From Gemmatimonadota bacterium (GTDB lineage Bacteria; Gemmatimonadota; Gemmatimonadetes; Longimicrobiales; Gaopeijiaceae), in NCBI GenBank assembly GCA_034521595.1, contig JAXHMG010000003.1, positions 1,312,001-1,376,000 on the forward strand: a stretch of DNA of 64,000 nt. Reading direction: 5' to 3'. The notes below the pieces were generated by a model. It did not search any database. It was not told where the DNA came from and saw nothing but the letters and a program-made list of their open reading frames with translations. Below, in pieces: positions 20,201 through 31,100 of this stretch. Made by a program: the position numbers and the translations under genes. Each line of letters begins with the position of its first letter. Within the stretch, counting starts at the first letter, position 1.

Positions 20201-23200
20201 GCAAGGCGACCGTCCAGAAGCTCGAGATCAAGCACCGCCAGCGGGACATCGACGACGCCGAAGGAAGCGTGAGCCGCGTGGTCATCGACTACACGGTCGA
20301 GCTGAACGTCGAGACCGACGCGCTCGGCGTCACGACGCGCAAGCCGGCGAAGTTCAGCTACAAGGGCGTCGGAATCGAGTACACGAACGACCCCGAGAAG
20401 GAGTGGTACGAGAACCTCGACATCGTCTACGAGGACGCGTCGTTCGAGATCGTCGACCCCGGCACCTGGGAGATCGACGGTCCCTTGGGCGAGCTTCTCG
20501 GCGTCAGCGCCGTACGGCTGGGCTCCGGCTCGGTCTGGGTCGAGACGGACCTGGACTTCGCGCTGGACCTGGGCGTCGTGGAGATCAGCTCCGCGACCGT
20601 GCGCATCACGGTCGAGCCCTCGGACGGGGTGACCGTGGACCTGCGAGGCCTGGCGGCCAAGGTCGACGTGCCGGGCGCCATCAAGGGCGGCGGCCAGCTC
20701 CAGATCGGGGACGGCGGCGACCTCGCGGCCATGATCGACCTCACGATCATCCCCGCCGAGATCCAGGCCGTGGCGGCGCTCAAGCTCGAGGGGCCCATGA
20801 CCCAGCTCGAGGCCGGCGTCCGCTTCGCCACGGCTCTCCCGCTCGCCGGCACGGGCTTCGGACTCTACGGGTTCAAGGGGCGGTTCGTATCCAACGGCAC
20901 CCGAGACCTCACCGGGCTCGCCGAGGACCCGGTGGAGCGCGAGCTCGGATGGTTCGCCAAGCCGGTCCTCGAGAAGTACGAGCCCAGCGTCGGCCAGTAC
21001 GCCATCGGGCTCGGCGCGATCGTCGGCACCATGCCGGACACGGGGTTCACGTTCAACGCGACCGGCATGGTCACGGTCGAATTCCCGGACGTCTCGGTGG
21101 TCTTCTCCATCGAGGCGAAGTTCCTGAACAAGCCGAGCCTCACCCCCAAGGAGGACAACGACGCCTCCGGCGGATCGGAGGTCAGCTTCGAGCTGATCGG
21201 GATCGTGGCGTTCGACTCGGCCGGCTTGGCGATCGCCGTGACCGGCGAGCTCGAGATCGAGAAGGTGCTGAGGGTCACGATCCCCATCGGGGCCTACTTC
21301 CCCTTCCAGTCGACCGGGGACGCGGCCTACCTCCGCATCGGCTCCGACGGGGCGGGCGGGCGCGCCGGCAGTCCGGTCACCATGACCGTGCTGCCGGACA
21401 TCCTCGATCTGAAGACCTGGTCGTTCTTCATGGTCGAGGAGAAGCAGCTCCTGGATCTGGGCGGCCGCGACGACCTGGACTTCCACGGGTTCTCCATCGG
21501 GTTCGGCGCAGGGTGGGAGTTCAAGTGGGGCGGCGGACCGATCTACCTGACGGTCTCGGCCGGCGTCCTGGTCGGCATGGGCACGCGCCCCATGACGGTG
21601 GTGGGCTCCATCTTCGTGTCGGGCGAGCTCTGGCTCGTGGTCGTGGGCCTCTCCATCAGCGGAGAGATCACGCTCCGGATCGTGCATCAGAACGGCGACA
21701 CGGACTGGTCGCTGACCGGGGAGTTCTGCGGCAAAGTCTCGTTCTTCTTTTTCTCCATCAAAGGCTGCGTCGAGTTCAAGCTGCCCGGGGACACCGCCGG
21801 AGACGCGCCTCCGCCCGATCCCGATCCGCTGGTGACCGGAGTCACCCTCACCGACAAGTTCGTCCGCGTCATCGCCCAGGCGAGCGATGTCACGGCGGGT
21901 GACGCCGTCCTACCGGAGTCTCTGGCGTGGCCCGACGTCGCGCCCACGATCCACTTCTCCCACCGGGTGATGCCGAACCTGCCTCCGGGCGGCTTCGAGC
22001 CCGCGCCCTCGGGCGGGTTCCCGGGGGAGGACTGGTCCGGCACGTCCAAGCTGAAGTTCCGGTTCCGCCTGGACGCGGTGGTCCTGGAGCTGGCCGACGG
22101 GACGGCCGTCGACGTCTCGGGCTGGCCGTCCGTGTGGTGGCAGCCGGCGTTCCGGGCGAGCGTGCCCGAGTCAGGCGACACGCCGTCCTCCGACCACGAG
22201 GGCTGGGACCTGGCCCTGCTCCACTGGGACCCGAGCCCCTGGCGCCGTCCGCTCACGAACGGCGGTGAGGGAATCGAGGCGGATCCCGCCGACGCGGTCC
22301 GCAACCTCTGCGAGCCCGCGCCGGAGCCCTCGCGCCACTGCACGCTCGGCCAGGACGGTGTGCGCCAGGACGTGGACCGGGTCGAGTTCGCGAGCGCGGC
22401 CGGCGGGACGCTTCCGTATCCGTCCTACTTCTTCGTGGATGGCCGGGAGGGATTCGGCGGCCTCGACCTCGAGGCGGTCGTCGCCCTGGCGGACGTGGTC
22501 GGAATGGGATTCGTCCCCGGCTCGCTCCAACCGCTTCCGGGGTCGCTGTCGCTTCCAGGTGTCCCGCCCGCGCTGACGGAAGCCTTCCGCTTCCCGTACC
22601 TGACCCGGGGCGGCGCCATCGCCGGCTCCCTGGGAATGACCGGGACCTTCCGGCCCTCGGTGGTCGATCCGGACCTCGTGCTGGCCATGTGCATCGATGT
22701 TCCGGAGCTCGAGCGCACCGTCGAGCGGTGCGTCGACTTCGACCGGCTCCAGCCGCACCGGAGCCTCGGACCCTCCATCACCCACGAGGACGTGGTCTTC
22801 ACCGACCGCGGCGGGCACCTGCGGACGACCGACTCCCTTCCGGCGGGAGCGCCGGACGGCCGGAGCGAGCTCCGCTTCACCTCGAAGGGGCTCGACGTCG
22901 CCCTCCCCGAGGTCTGTGACCGTGTGAGCCTGACCGTGGCCTATCAGGAACACGGTCCCATCCACGCGATCGCGTTCGACGCGGACGGCCAGCGCCTGGA
23001 CCAGGTCACGGGCCCGACGACCCCCAATGCGGCGACCACGATCTCCGTCGAGTCCCCGGGAATCACCCGGGTGGTCGTCACGGGCGGTTTCGGCACGGGC
23101 ATGCTCCAGGAGGTCTGCTACCGCTTCCGACAGGTCGCCGATCGGAAGGCCATCGCCGAGCGGATCGTGGCACACCTGACGGAGCCGGCGACCTATGCAC

Positions 23201-24783
23201 GTCGGGTCACGCGTCCCCTGCTGCCGCGGGTCTTCGGCGACCGCAACGACGACCCCGAGGATCCGACCCGCGACGAATGGGAGGCGGACGTCCTCGACGT
23301 GGCGGTGGGCGACGCGCGCGCCTGTGTCTATATGCGTTATACGGCCCCGGATCCGGAGCACCGCTATCGAAGCTTCACCGTGCTCCCCTTCCCTTCGCTG
23401 GAGCTCTCCCTGGTCAGCGTGTGCGGCATCAGCGCCGACGCCCAGGACGCCCACGACGCGGACGAGGACGCGCGCGAGGACGGGCAGGACGCCTGGAACG
23501 ACGCGGCCGAGGGCGACGAGGAGGACCGCGTCGCGCTCCTCGACGCCGACACGGAATACGCCGTCCGGATCGACTACTCGTACGCCATCTGGCAAGGGGA
23601 GGAAGGACGCGACCTGCCGCCCGAGATCGATGCCGCGGACTTCGACGCCGCGGAAGCCGACTGGCCCGACGGCGTCACCTTCGGCTCGACGAGCCAGCGC
23701 TTCGGCTTCCGGACAGCGCCCGAGGCGCCGATTCCCGAAGCGGACCTGATGACCTTCGACGCGCAGGACACGTTCGAGCCCCGGGGGCTCGTGCGGTATC
23801 TGCGCGGATTCGACCCCGTGTCGGATCGGTTCACGCACTTCCTGGACGATCTCCTCCTGGTCCACTTCGACGTGGAATGGGTGCGGACGCTCCTCGAGCG
23901 GTACGGCTACGAGATGCGCCTGACCGTGAAGCGGACCGATCCGAAGCCGCCGGACCCGGGCACCGGACCCCTCACCGACCTGTCGGTCCCCTCCGCGTGG
24001 ACCTGGGAGCCGCTACCGGTCTGGATGCGGAACGAGGGCGACATCCGGGTCGCGGTCGCGGCCGACGAGTCCGAGTGCGTCGAGCCGCCCGTTTCGGGCG
24101 GGACGGCAGCCGTATCGGCGGAGCTGGACCCACGGGCCGAGTACGACCTCGAGCTCACCGCGGTTCCGCTCGGCGCGGGCGACGACGAGCCGGGAGTCCA
24201 CATCTCGCGCACCCACTTCCGGACGTCCCGGTACGGGGCCGCCCCCGAGCTCGTCGAGGCGCTCGGCCTGAGCGATCCGGGGGCTCCGTACGCGCCGCCG
24301 CCGACCGAAGCATTGGTCACGGGACGGGCCACGCCCGGCACCGGGGAGCCCGACGATGTGGCGCTGGACGAATGCCTGGCCGCGATGGGCCTCGACCCGT
24401 TCCCGCTTCCGGACACGCCCCGGACGGTGCTGCTGTGGATCGACGACGGGGGCTGGCGGCTCGCCGGCATTCTCCTGGACGCGGACGAATCGCTCTTCCG
24501 TGCCCCACGCCTCGAGGAGGTCGTCTCCACCGCAGACACGGGCTCGGAGCCGGACCCACGCCTCGAGGTGGTCGAAGCCCAAGTCGGTGGGACCACATTC
24601 GAGGTCCGGCACCGCAACGAGGCCGGCACCCGCGTGCTCCTCGCGCCGACGTCGCCGGCGGCCCTCAGCCACCCGGACGGGACGCTGCCCCTCGTCGTCC
24701 GGTTCAGGGATCGCGGCGCGGTGCTGGAAGGCGCGCGCACGCTGACGACGCTTCCCTACATCGTGATCAAGGAGTCGGTATGA
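17275..24783 (+). CDS. Giant beta-rich protein (~2502 aa) with an embedded OmpA-like domain and a DUF6603-like region
   Basis: Uninterrupted 7.5 kb ORF with ATGA overlaps at both ends. VIGRCDDLG...NVDLGADRAQAV...RGE...RCVDV is OmpA_C-like (~19260-19615). A long Gly/aromatic amphipathic strand array (FGLYGFKGRFVSN, YAIGLGAIVGT, GFSIGFGAGWEF) spans ~20200-21780. The DUF6603 call is from memory of the family. Confidence 0.85.
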   Translation: MTVLRGITLLDLIPELPAGAQGIIPGDIGRFLELLSVVEHAPLANEGWFTHGGVLQGATDAGLELPANLPLRLPGLNAGVRFQLSWPRVEPVGTDPGDMEGAPDRWILDVYVGRIVVPVPGPTPATRVPSAPAQPQHLVADRSRDWVQITGSGVLRITHDDSGTALDLIAPADPLDPEEPIGAVLELGLNPPHMLFHESGFGMSIGRVVWDATGSYTPPEIEARGHDAAWKGVSLAEASLYLPHNLPLFGDVSFGVKDVLYGLTDPGGVQFDAYLELGNPLSSGETIQFFQELEDGTIHHPSDPGAGLTRTVVLHSSTEERARVRAVLDSGADAVWSYPGARNVTAQGTDWFTVTPGNERSSLTFRRVATNEAGETVFGPQITFVFRKEVPEPQHAPRIQVTQDGNTWDNVVHLSGSTEALAGLEFTVVSDPSLTPERREQLRWDLEHDGVSLSVTGDSFTPATSFRPGLHVLVLHDEEDRTRRLEIEGIEEGRLIVGSEGGPREVDGGTEGAVGVTGVEASHHLATYHESGERTAASGDQASVSGGTLTVPEGVLAEAALDIGSGDDPDAANPAEEEPPVQAVRIFMVFEVDQFAGEWRRISPVRTDPGWDPFGPLEPYPDHGPTGTGPRDPVGIASGDAVSPFVPSDLLRWAESFPSDTDFVVIGRCDDLGPQQLNVDLGADRAQAVFDLLTSPSSGSELTAIDPSRIYHRGEQESASLPSGTPDIPAGRPGLSDRAAIEWRIHDDYPDSDTSTGSGWGPTRDDRSARLEARCVDVYAIRPATDTTVVPPSDDESRDPARRRALVPGPDRTTSEEPAPRDVDLGYRLQLRAKWDSPTIVDKRDWIPVLVEMTLDWQRESRALPDGMGDVQPQPVSDDANAEIWRFLGRFAYDPRSGQTEFTAALDTPGDEKGIFHIVSPDADSDADEVVALALGLGPALLAGVDAAEPGSSAVRIGALLAAVAGVLATDIVKDGKATVQKLEIKHRQRDIDDAEGSVSRVVIDYTVELNVETDALGVTTRKPAKFSYKGVGIEYTNDPEKEWYENLDIVYEDASFEIVDPGTWEIDGPLGELLGVSAVRLGSGSVWVETDLDFALDLGVVEISSATVRITVEPSDGVTVDLRGLAAKVDVPGAIKGGGQLQIGDGGDLAAMIDLTIIPAEIQAVAALKLEGPMTQLEAGVRFATALPLAGTGFGLYGFKGRFVSNGTRDLTGLAEDPVERELGWFAKPVLEKYEPSVGQYAIGLGAIVGTMPDTGFTFNATGMVTVEFPDVSVVFSIEAKFLNKPSLTPKEDNDASGGSEVSFELIGIVAFDSAGLAIAVTGELEIEKVLRVTIPIGAYFPFQSTGDAAYLRIGSDGAGGRAGSPVTMTVLPDILDLKTWSFFMVEEKQLLDLGGRDDLDFHGFSIGFGAGWEFKWGGGPIYLTVSAGVLVGMGTRPMTVVGSIFVSGELWLVVVGLSISGEITLRIVHQNGDTDWSLTGEFCGKVSFFFFSIKGCVEFKLPGDTAGDAPPPDPDPLVTGVTLTDKFVRVIAQASDVTAGDAVLPESLAWPDVAPTIHFSHRVMPNLPPGGFEPAPSGGFPGEDWSGTSKLKFRFRLDAVVLELADGTAVDVSGWPSVWWQPAFRASVPESGDTPSSDHEGWDLALLHWDPSPWRRPLTNGGEGIEADPADAVRNLCEPAPEPSRHCTLGQDGVRQDVDRVEFASAAGGTLPYPSYFFVDGREGFGGLDLEAVVALADVVGMGFVPGSLQPLPGSLSLPGVPPALTEAFRFPYLTRGGAIAGSLGMTGTFRPSVVDPDLVLAMCIDVPELERTVERCVDFDRLQPHRSLGPSITHEDVVFTDRGGHLRTTDSLPAGAPDGRSELRFTSKGLDVALPEVCDRVSLTVAYQEHGPIHAIAFDADGQRLDQVTGPTTPNAATTISVESPGITRVVVTGGFGTGMLQEVCYRFRQVADRKAIAERIVAHLTEPATYARRVTRPLLPRVFGDRNDDPEDPTRDEWEADVLDVAVGDARACVYMRYTAPDPEHRYRSFTVLPFPSLELSLVSVCGISADAQDAHDADEDAREDGQDAWNDAAEGDEEDRVALLDADTEYAVRIDYSYAIWQGEEGRDLPPEIDAADFDAAEADWPDGVTFGSTSQRFGFRTAPEAPIPEADLMTFDAQDTFEPRGLVRYLRGFDPVSDRFTHFLDDLLLVHFDVEWVRTLLERYGYEMRLTVKRTDPKPPDPGTGPLTDLSVPSAWTWEPLPVWMRNEGDIRVAVAADESECVEPPVSGGTAAVSAELDPRAEYDLELTAVPLGAGDDEPGVHISRTHFRTSRYGAAPELVEALGLSDPGAPYAPPPTEALVTGRATPGTGEPDDVALDECLAAMGLDPFPLPDTPRTVLLWIDDGGWRLAGILLDADESLFRAPRLEEVVSTADTGSEPDPRLEVVEAQVGGTTFEVRHRNEAGTRVLLAPTSPAALSHPDGTLPLVVRFRDRGAVLEGARTLTTLPYIVIKESV

Positions 24784-27700
24784 AGCCGCTGCCGCCCAGC
24801 TGGGCCATGGGCGCACACGCCCTGGACGGCGCCGGAGATCCTCACCTCCAACCGGGGGCCCACTTCCGCCTGGCCACCGCGCCCGTGCTGGGGCTTCCGC
24901 TCCGTCCACTGCTCGTCTACAAGCACCGCCTCCATCCCGGCGAGGCGAACGAGGCCATGCAGACGGAGATCCGGTGGACGGACAGTGCCGGACGCACGCT
25001 CACGCCCCCCTTCGACGTGACGCCCGACAACCCGGTAACCGGGCACCTGCCCGTGAGCCAGACGCGCCGCTGCATCTGGATCGAAGTCGCGGCCGAATCC
25101 CCGTCCGACCGGGCGAGAAATCCCGGGGGGCTTACCCGGAATCTCGACGCCGACATCCGCCGCACCATCGACCGGGTCGACCTCGACGCCGTGTCGGGCC
25201 CGATCCGGCTCCGGAGAGACATCCTCGACCTCGTACGCCGCCTCCCCGACTTCGTCTTCCGTCCCGGGCTCAAGGTCGACGCGTTCCTGGAATCGATTCA
25301 GGGCATGTCGTTCCTCGGCTCGCGGACCGAGGCGCCCTACGTGCTGAGCGCGTCGTCGCTCTCGGGCGTGGTGGTGAGCGGCACCGGACGGGTCCAAGGG
25401 GCGCGTTGGCTGGAGTGGGGACGGACCCGGACCAAGCGAGCCCTCTGGCGGGTGCTGCCGATGCCGGTCTCCTCGGGGCCTCGGCACCTCGCTCCGTCCG
25501 ACGCCCGCGACCAGGCGCTGGAGCGGGTGCGGCGAGGCGCGCCGCGGCGATACGGGCTCCACGACCGGCCGGAGACGGCCAACGCCGCGAGCGCTCCGGC
25601 CGCCACCGTCGGCGCGGAGGAACGGCGGGTGACCCGGCTCAGCGAGGATCTCGAGCCCAGCCTCGAAGCGCTGGTGAACGACACCTCGGCAGCTCCTCTG
25701 GAGCTCGGGATCGATCAGGAGCTGGACCAGAGCGAGTCGGACCAGGTCGCCGCCGCCCGTTATCCCGCGTTGGGGACGGTGCTCCTGTCCGCGCTCGATC
25801 CCGGAGTGGCCCGCTGGCTCGGCTTCATGGACCGGGACGAGGACGACACGGCGCCGGTGGGGAGCATCGTGATCTACACCATCCGGGGGTTCTGGTCCGT
25901 CGACTGGAACGCCCTGTCGCTATGGCGGAAGCTCGCCTTCTTTCCGGCCGCTTCGGCGGGAATCGTGTCGTCCTCCCAGCCGCCCGACGGCTCGGTGCCC
26001 TTCGACATCCCCCGCAGATCTCCGGACGGCACCCCCGTATTCGACCTGGAGGTGCCCGCGGTCGCGACGATCGGCGTGCCACCGGACGCGCCGACCGCCC
26101 CGGTTCTCGAGCCTCCGGTAGCGCCCGAGGGTGCGCCGGACGCGGATCCCATGGGCGTCTGGATGCCGGGCACGCCGGGAAGCTACCGCCGTCACGTCCA
26201 GATGCCCGTTCGCGACCTCGTGCCCGGCGCCTGTCTCGCCGTGGCGCGGGAGCACGACGGGACCCGGGAGCGGCTGAACCGCACCGTCCTGGTCGATCCC
26301 GGCACCGGCGAGGAGCGCGCCATGAGCCTCCACGCCGCGCTCCCCGGCAGCGCGGATTCCGCCGATCAGGGCTCGATCAGCGACCGGGAAGCCCACCCGG
26401 ACGCCACGGAGTACCACGCGGCTCAGGCCGACTGGTTCGGTCGTTGGAGCGCCTGGCGTGCGCGGACCATCGGCCCCAAGGAGCCGCCCGCGCCCCCCAT
26501 CCCGGTGATCCAGCCTCGATACGAGATGGCCGAGACGCCGGACCCGATGCACGACGACCCGCTCTGGGGGCGCCTGAGCGTCCGTGTGCCCGTACCTCCG
26601 GCGACGGACCTCGCGCCCGGCTCGCACCCCCTGGACCGGATCCGCATCGAAGGCACCGTGGCCGGTGCCACGACGGAGTCGTTCGCGGTCGAAGAGCCCG
26701 TTCCCTCGGCGCCCGGGCCCCATCTCGAAGTGGAGATTCCGGTCCCGACGGGCTCCGGCGGAACGGCGGCGTTCCTGGCCCGGACGGAGATCGCGACGGC
26801 CACCATGACCGCCCGGTGGATCGACGCCGATGGCGGCCTCTCCGAGCCGACGGAGCCTCGAGAGCTCGACCTGGTCGATCCGCGCCCTCCGGAGCCCGTG
26901 ACCATCGACCCGACGCTCACGTACACCGCCCGGCCCGACGCGACCGGGCGCGCGCTCGCGCGCATCGGTTGGACGGCCTCGTCCACGCAGCACGGCTTCC
27001 GCGTCTACTTCAGCGACGAAACGCGGCTGGTCGAGCGGATGGAGTCGGTCGCGGCGGGTTCCGGCTCCGACGCGTCCACGGCCCAAGCGTTCCTCGACGA
27101 TCTGGCGGCGGCCGGGGGACCGGCCGAGCGCGCCGCGGCCTTCACCGCGCCGGGGCGCCCGGAGCAGTTCCGGCGGGACTGGTTCGAGAACCTCACGGGC
27201 GACCTGCTCGTGGGCTCGGGAGACATGCGCTTCCAGCACGACCTCTCCGCGTCGCTCCGCTCACTGGCGTTCTATCGCGTGGTGGCCGTCAGCGAGACGA
27301 ACGTGGAGTCGGAGTTCGCCGGCTCCCCGCTCGTCCCGCGGGCCGTCCCCAACAGCGGGCCGCCGCCCCGGCCGATGATCGAGGTCGTCCCGCGCGACCG
27401 CATCCCCGACGACGTGACCGTGGGAGAGCAGGAAGTCCTCCTTCGCGTCCGGGTGGTCCGCGGCGCGCAGCCCGTCTCGCGGGTCCGGCTCCGCCGGAGC
27501 TCTCGTGGGGGCGGAGACGCGCTGCGGATGCCCGTGGCGCTCGAGACGGACGTGACCCCCTCCGAGCCGGGGCCTGACGGAATCGTGACCGTGGACCTGG
27601 TCGACACCGGAGCGTACAACCACGAGCCCGGCCGGATTCTGCGTCCCTTCAGCAACTACTTCTGGCGGGTCGAGGTCCAGGCGCCGAACGAGCCCGGCAG

Positions 27701-28100
27701 CTCCCTCCCGGGCGAATGGAGCCCGCCCAGCGACGCGACCTCGACCCTTCTCGTCGGGCCACGACCCGGCCCCGTGACGGGGCTCGCTGCCGCCGCCAGC
27801 CCTCCACCCGACCCCGTGGTCACCCTTACCTGGGAGCACCCGGAGCCGCTCCTGCCCGGCGGGATCGGCGGCTTCCGCTTCGAGATCCTGCGGCGGCAGG
27901 ACGGTCGCGAAAAGGTCGTGGGCCAGCTGGCCGCGGACGCGGACCCCGCCGCGGGTGGCCGAAGCGGACCCGGGGACTCGTTCACCTGGACGGAGACGCT
28001 CGAAGGCGCCGACCCCGCGGAGGACCTCGAGTACAGGGTGGTGACCCTGGACCCACTCGGCCGCCGTGGGCCGGTCTCGTCCCCCGTCAGCCTTCCCTGA
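24780..28100 (+). CDS. Large protein (~1106 aa) with fibronectin type III/Ig-like modules
   Basis: GGAG RBS and ATG 24780 overlapping the upstream stop. Fn3-like module ends: YHAAQADWFGRWS, FYRVVAVSETNVES, YFWRVEVQA...GEWSPPS, YRVVTLDPLGRRGPVS. Confidence 0.82.
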   Translation: MKPLPPSWAMGAHALDGAGDPHLQPGAHFRLATAPVLGLPLRPLLVYKHRLHPGEANEAMQTEIRWTDSAGRTLTPPFDVTPDNPVTGHLPVSQTRRCIWIEVAAESPSDRARNPGGLTRNLDADIRRTIDRVDLDAVSGPIRLRRDILDLVRRLPDFVFRPGLKVDAFLESIQGMSFLGSRTEAPYVLSASSLSGVVVSGTGRVQGARWLEWGRTRTKRALWRVLPMPVSSGPRHLAPSDARDQALERVRRGAPRRYGLHDRPETANAASAPAATVGAEERRVTRLSEDLEPSLEALVNDTSAAPLELGIDQELDQSESDQVAAARYPALGTVLLSALDPGVARWLGFMDRDEDDTAPVGSIVIYTIRGFWSVDWNALSLWRKLAFFPAASAGIVSSSQPPDGSVPFDIPRRSPDGTPVFDLEVPAVATIGVPPDAPTAPVLEPPVAPEGAPDADPMGVWMPGTPGSYRRHVQMPVRDLVPGACLAVAREHDGTRERLNRTVLVDPGTGEERAMSLHAALPGSADSADQGSISDREAHPDATEYHAAQADWFGRWSAWRARTIGPKEPPAPPIPVIQPRYEMAETPDPMHDDPLWGRLSVRVPVPPATDLAPGSHPLDRIRIEGTVAGATTESFAVEEPVPSAPGPHLEVEIPVPTGSGGTAAFLARTEIATATMTARWIDADGGLSEPTEPRELDLVDPRPPEPVTIDPTLTYTARPDATGRALARIGWTASSTQHGFRVYFSDETRLVERMESVAAGSGSDASTAQAFLDDLAAAGGPAERAAAFTAPGRPEQFRRDWFENLTGDLLVGSGDMRFQHDLSASLRSLAFYRVVAVSETNVESEFAGSPLVPRAVPNSGPPPRPMIEVVPRDRIPDDVTVGEQEVLLRVRVVRGAQPVSRVRLRRSSRGGGDALRMPVALETDVTPSEPGPDGIVTVDLVDTGAYNHEPGRILRPFSNYFWRVEVQAPNEPGSSLPGEWSPPSDATSTLLVGPRPGPVTGLAAAASPPPDPVVTLTWEHPEPLLPGGIGGFRFEILRRQDGREKVVGQLAADADPAAGGRSGPGDSFTWTETLEGADPAEDLEYRVVTLDPLGRRGPVSSPVSLP

Positions 28101-28109
28101 GGAACCCCG

Positions 28110-31100
28110 ATGCACACGCTGACCCCCGATCCATCCACCCTCGGGATCCAGACGCCGCAGATCGGGCCCTGGTTCTCCTCCGACACCGTCGAGTTGCCGG
28201 TCGCCGACGACCGCCTCGCCGTGCCGCTCACGCTCGACGGCGGTGTGGCCTGGCTCCCTCCGGCGGGCGGGCTGCTCTCCTTCCGCATCGCGACGCCCGA
28301 CCGACCTCGGCGCTTGGCGGGCTTGCGCGACGGCGCGGGCGAGCCGGCCTTCGACGACGGTCACCTGGTCGCCGAGTTCCGCTTGCTCCCCGAGGTGGAG
28401 GCGCGCATCGATCGGCTGATGCGTGTGCTTCCGACCCTCGCCGGCGACGACGCCGCGGGCGAAGGCCGCACGCGACCCCGCGTTCGCACGTTCGCCCTGG
28501 AGATCATGACGGCGTCCCCGTCGTGGACGATGCTCGAGTCGCTCCTGCCGGCGACCTTCGGCCTCCCGGGTAGCTCGACCGCGGAGAACGTGGCGCACGT
28601 CGGGCTGACGGGGACGGCGCCGCTCGGCAACGGCCCCAAGCCCATGGGGGACCTGAAGCGAACCGGGAAGCTCATCGGCGCCTTCGAGCAGCTGCTCCAC
28701 TTCCCGACCAGCACGGACGTGAAGCTCTGGGCATTCGACCACCGCGGCCGGGCCCTGGACCCCGGAGCGGTGGCCTGCTGGTGGCTCTTCCTGGCCACAC
28801 ACGCCGACAACGGCTTCGACGGCCTCTGGGCGGAAGGGCTGGAAACGGGAGACCAGCGGACGGCCCCGATCGCCACGGATGCGGACGAGCTCGTCCTGCA
28901 CCTCGTGGATCCCCAGGGCGGCGCTCCGCTGGAGCCGACTCTGGCCCGCATCGACGGCGCCAACCTCGACGGAACCGGCACCGTCCGTCGCCGGGGAGCC
29001 GAGGACGAGGCGGCGACGCTGTCCTTTACCGACCCACCCACCGATGACCCCGACGATCTACCGGTGCCGCGCATGGCGCTCCTGCCCGACGGCGTGTTCG
29101 GGGAGACGGTCTCCGTATGGCCCACGGGCACGGTGGACCCGATCCTCCGTCGCGACTTCGCGAGGGTCGCCGCCCTCTCCGTAGAGCTCGCCCTGACCGG
29201 CCAGCGCCGTACGCCCGCGCCGGGCTCCACCCCCACGGCCGCGGACGAGCGGCGCGCCGAGGATCAGGCCAGGACGTCCACGCGTGTATCCGTCGCACGG
29301 GCCGAGCGGACGGACGCCCTACTCGACACGCACGAGGAGGTCATCGCGGGGTTTCGGGAGGTCTTCGAGGGGCCGGAAGCGACGGACCTGGCCACCGGCG
29401 TGCTCGAGGCCGGATGGGGCCCGATCACGCCCGCGCTTCCGGACGAGGATCCTCCGACGGCCGCCCCCGACTTCACCGTAGAGCCGCTGCAGGGCGGAGG
29501 CGTGGACGACGGTGGGACGGTCGTCGATCAGAAGGCGCTGGTTACCTCGACGCTCGACGCATCTCTGGAAGGCGCCTGGGTGAGGGTCTGGACGCAGGGC
29601 TTCGACCGGGAGCGGGCGGAGCACTTCAAGATGGACGGGGGCGCCGGCCGCGTCGCCGACGACGGGACGGTGCGCCTGGTCACGCGACTGCCCGACGGAG
29701 CCGTGGATCCGTCCACGCCCATGGGCATGGACGTCATGGTGGTCACCGACCGGGGCGCACGGCACTTCGCCGACGTGCGCTTCGACCGGCCGGCCCCCGT
29801 CGGAGGTGACCCCGCGGCGCTCACCGAGTCGGACGGCACGCCCCGATCCGGCACGACCAGCGGGCTCGACCTCGGCTCGGCGGTCGTCGTGTGTGAGACG
29901 GGCGTCTCCCACGCGAGCCTTCCGCTCCCCGACGACTCCGTGCCCTCCGGATCGTCCCTCGTCGCCCTGACATCGCCGCCGACATTGGTGGATGCCTCGA
30001 CGCTGCCCACGGCGGCCCGCGTAGCCGCGCTCGGGGGCGTGCTCGAACCCGAAGACCGCGTGCGCCTCGTCGAGCCGGCCTTCCAGTCGAGTCCCAGGGG
30101 CGACGCCGCCGAGGACCTCGCCCCCGCCACCGTCCATGCGACGGATCGGAGGGACAGCTCGGCGTGGGAGTCCGGCTTCCCCCTGCCCTCCATGGAGCGT
30201 CTCGAGTCCGTGGCGTCCAATGTGGGCGATGCCGAGGGCCGGGGGGCCGTCGGCGCCGTGCCCGCTCTTTCGCGCTACCATGACTTCCTGCATCACCGCC
30301 ACGGCAATCCGAATGCTCCCGCCGCGCCGGACACGCACGGGACCGGGGTGAGGGTGCGCGGGCCGGCAGCCCGCCTGCTCGCCGAGTACGCCCGGGATCG
30401 CACGAGCGAGAGCACGTTGGACCTCGTCGCCCGAGCGGCCACGCCCGTGCCGGAACCGTCCGACGTGGACGGCGACGCCCTCTGGATCGCCGGCCTCCGA
30501 ACGGTGGCCGCGGGGGTGGAGGGCGAGGTCGGGCTCGGCGTGCTGGCGGACGCGAGCATCGCCGGCTTCGACCCCTACCCGCTGGGAGACGCGTGGACGA
30601 GCGTCCAGGCCTGGATCGAGGACAAGATCGGCACGCTCCCCTCGGAGCTGGACGACACCACCGCAGCGGTGGACAGCATCGTGCGCGCGCTCGACCGTCG
30701 CTTCCTGGCCGCGACGCGGGGAGCGCGCGAGGGCGCCACGTCCCTCCAGGCCGCCCTCGGCAGGGCCCAGGACATCGTCTACATCGAGACTCCCGCCTTC
30801 GACGCCCGCGCGTTCGACGACGGCGACGACAGGCTCGACCTCTGGTCCACACTGGTCCAGCGGATGAAGGACAATCGAGCGCTCCACCTCGTGATCTGTG
30901 CGCCCGTATGGTTGCTCGACGGTGCTCCGGCACCGCTTCAGAGGGTACGGGACGCCATCATGAACGAGGCTCTGTCAGCACTTCAGGAAGGCTCCACCGG
31001 AACGGCCGTCCCGACGCTGGAGGAACGCGTGGCCACCTTCTCTCCGGCGGCGGGCCCCGGACGCTCCCTGCGCATCGCATCCACCTCCGTCGTGGTCGAC

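Noticed and set aside
19068-21902. Long alternative-frame and antisense ORFs (944 aa +, 868 aa -) and similar ones across the window
   Set aside because: Typical high-GC shadow ORFs overlapping well-supported genes, with no motifs.
23277-24779. ORF-track 1607-aa call extending the Fn3-like gene upstream
   Set aside because: The extension is an Arg/Gly-rich shadow frame inside the 2502-aa gene; the RBS and ATGA overlap place the start at 24780.
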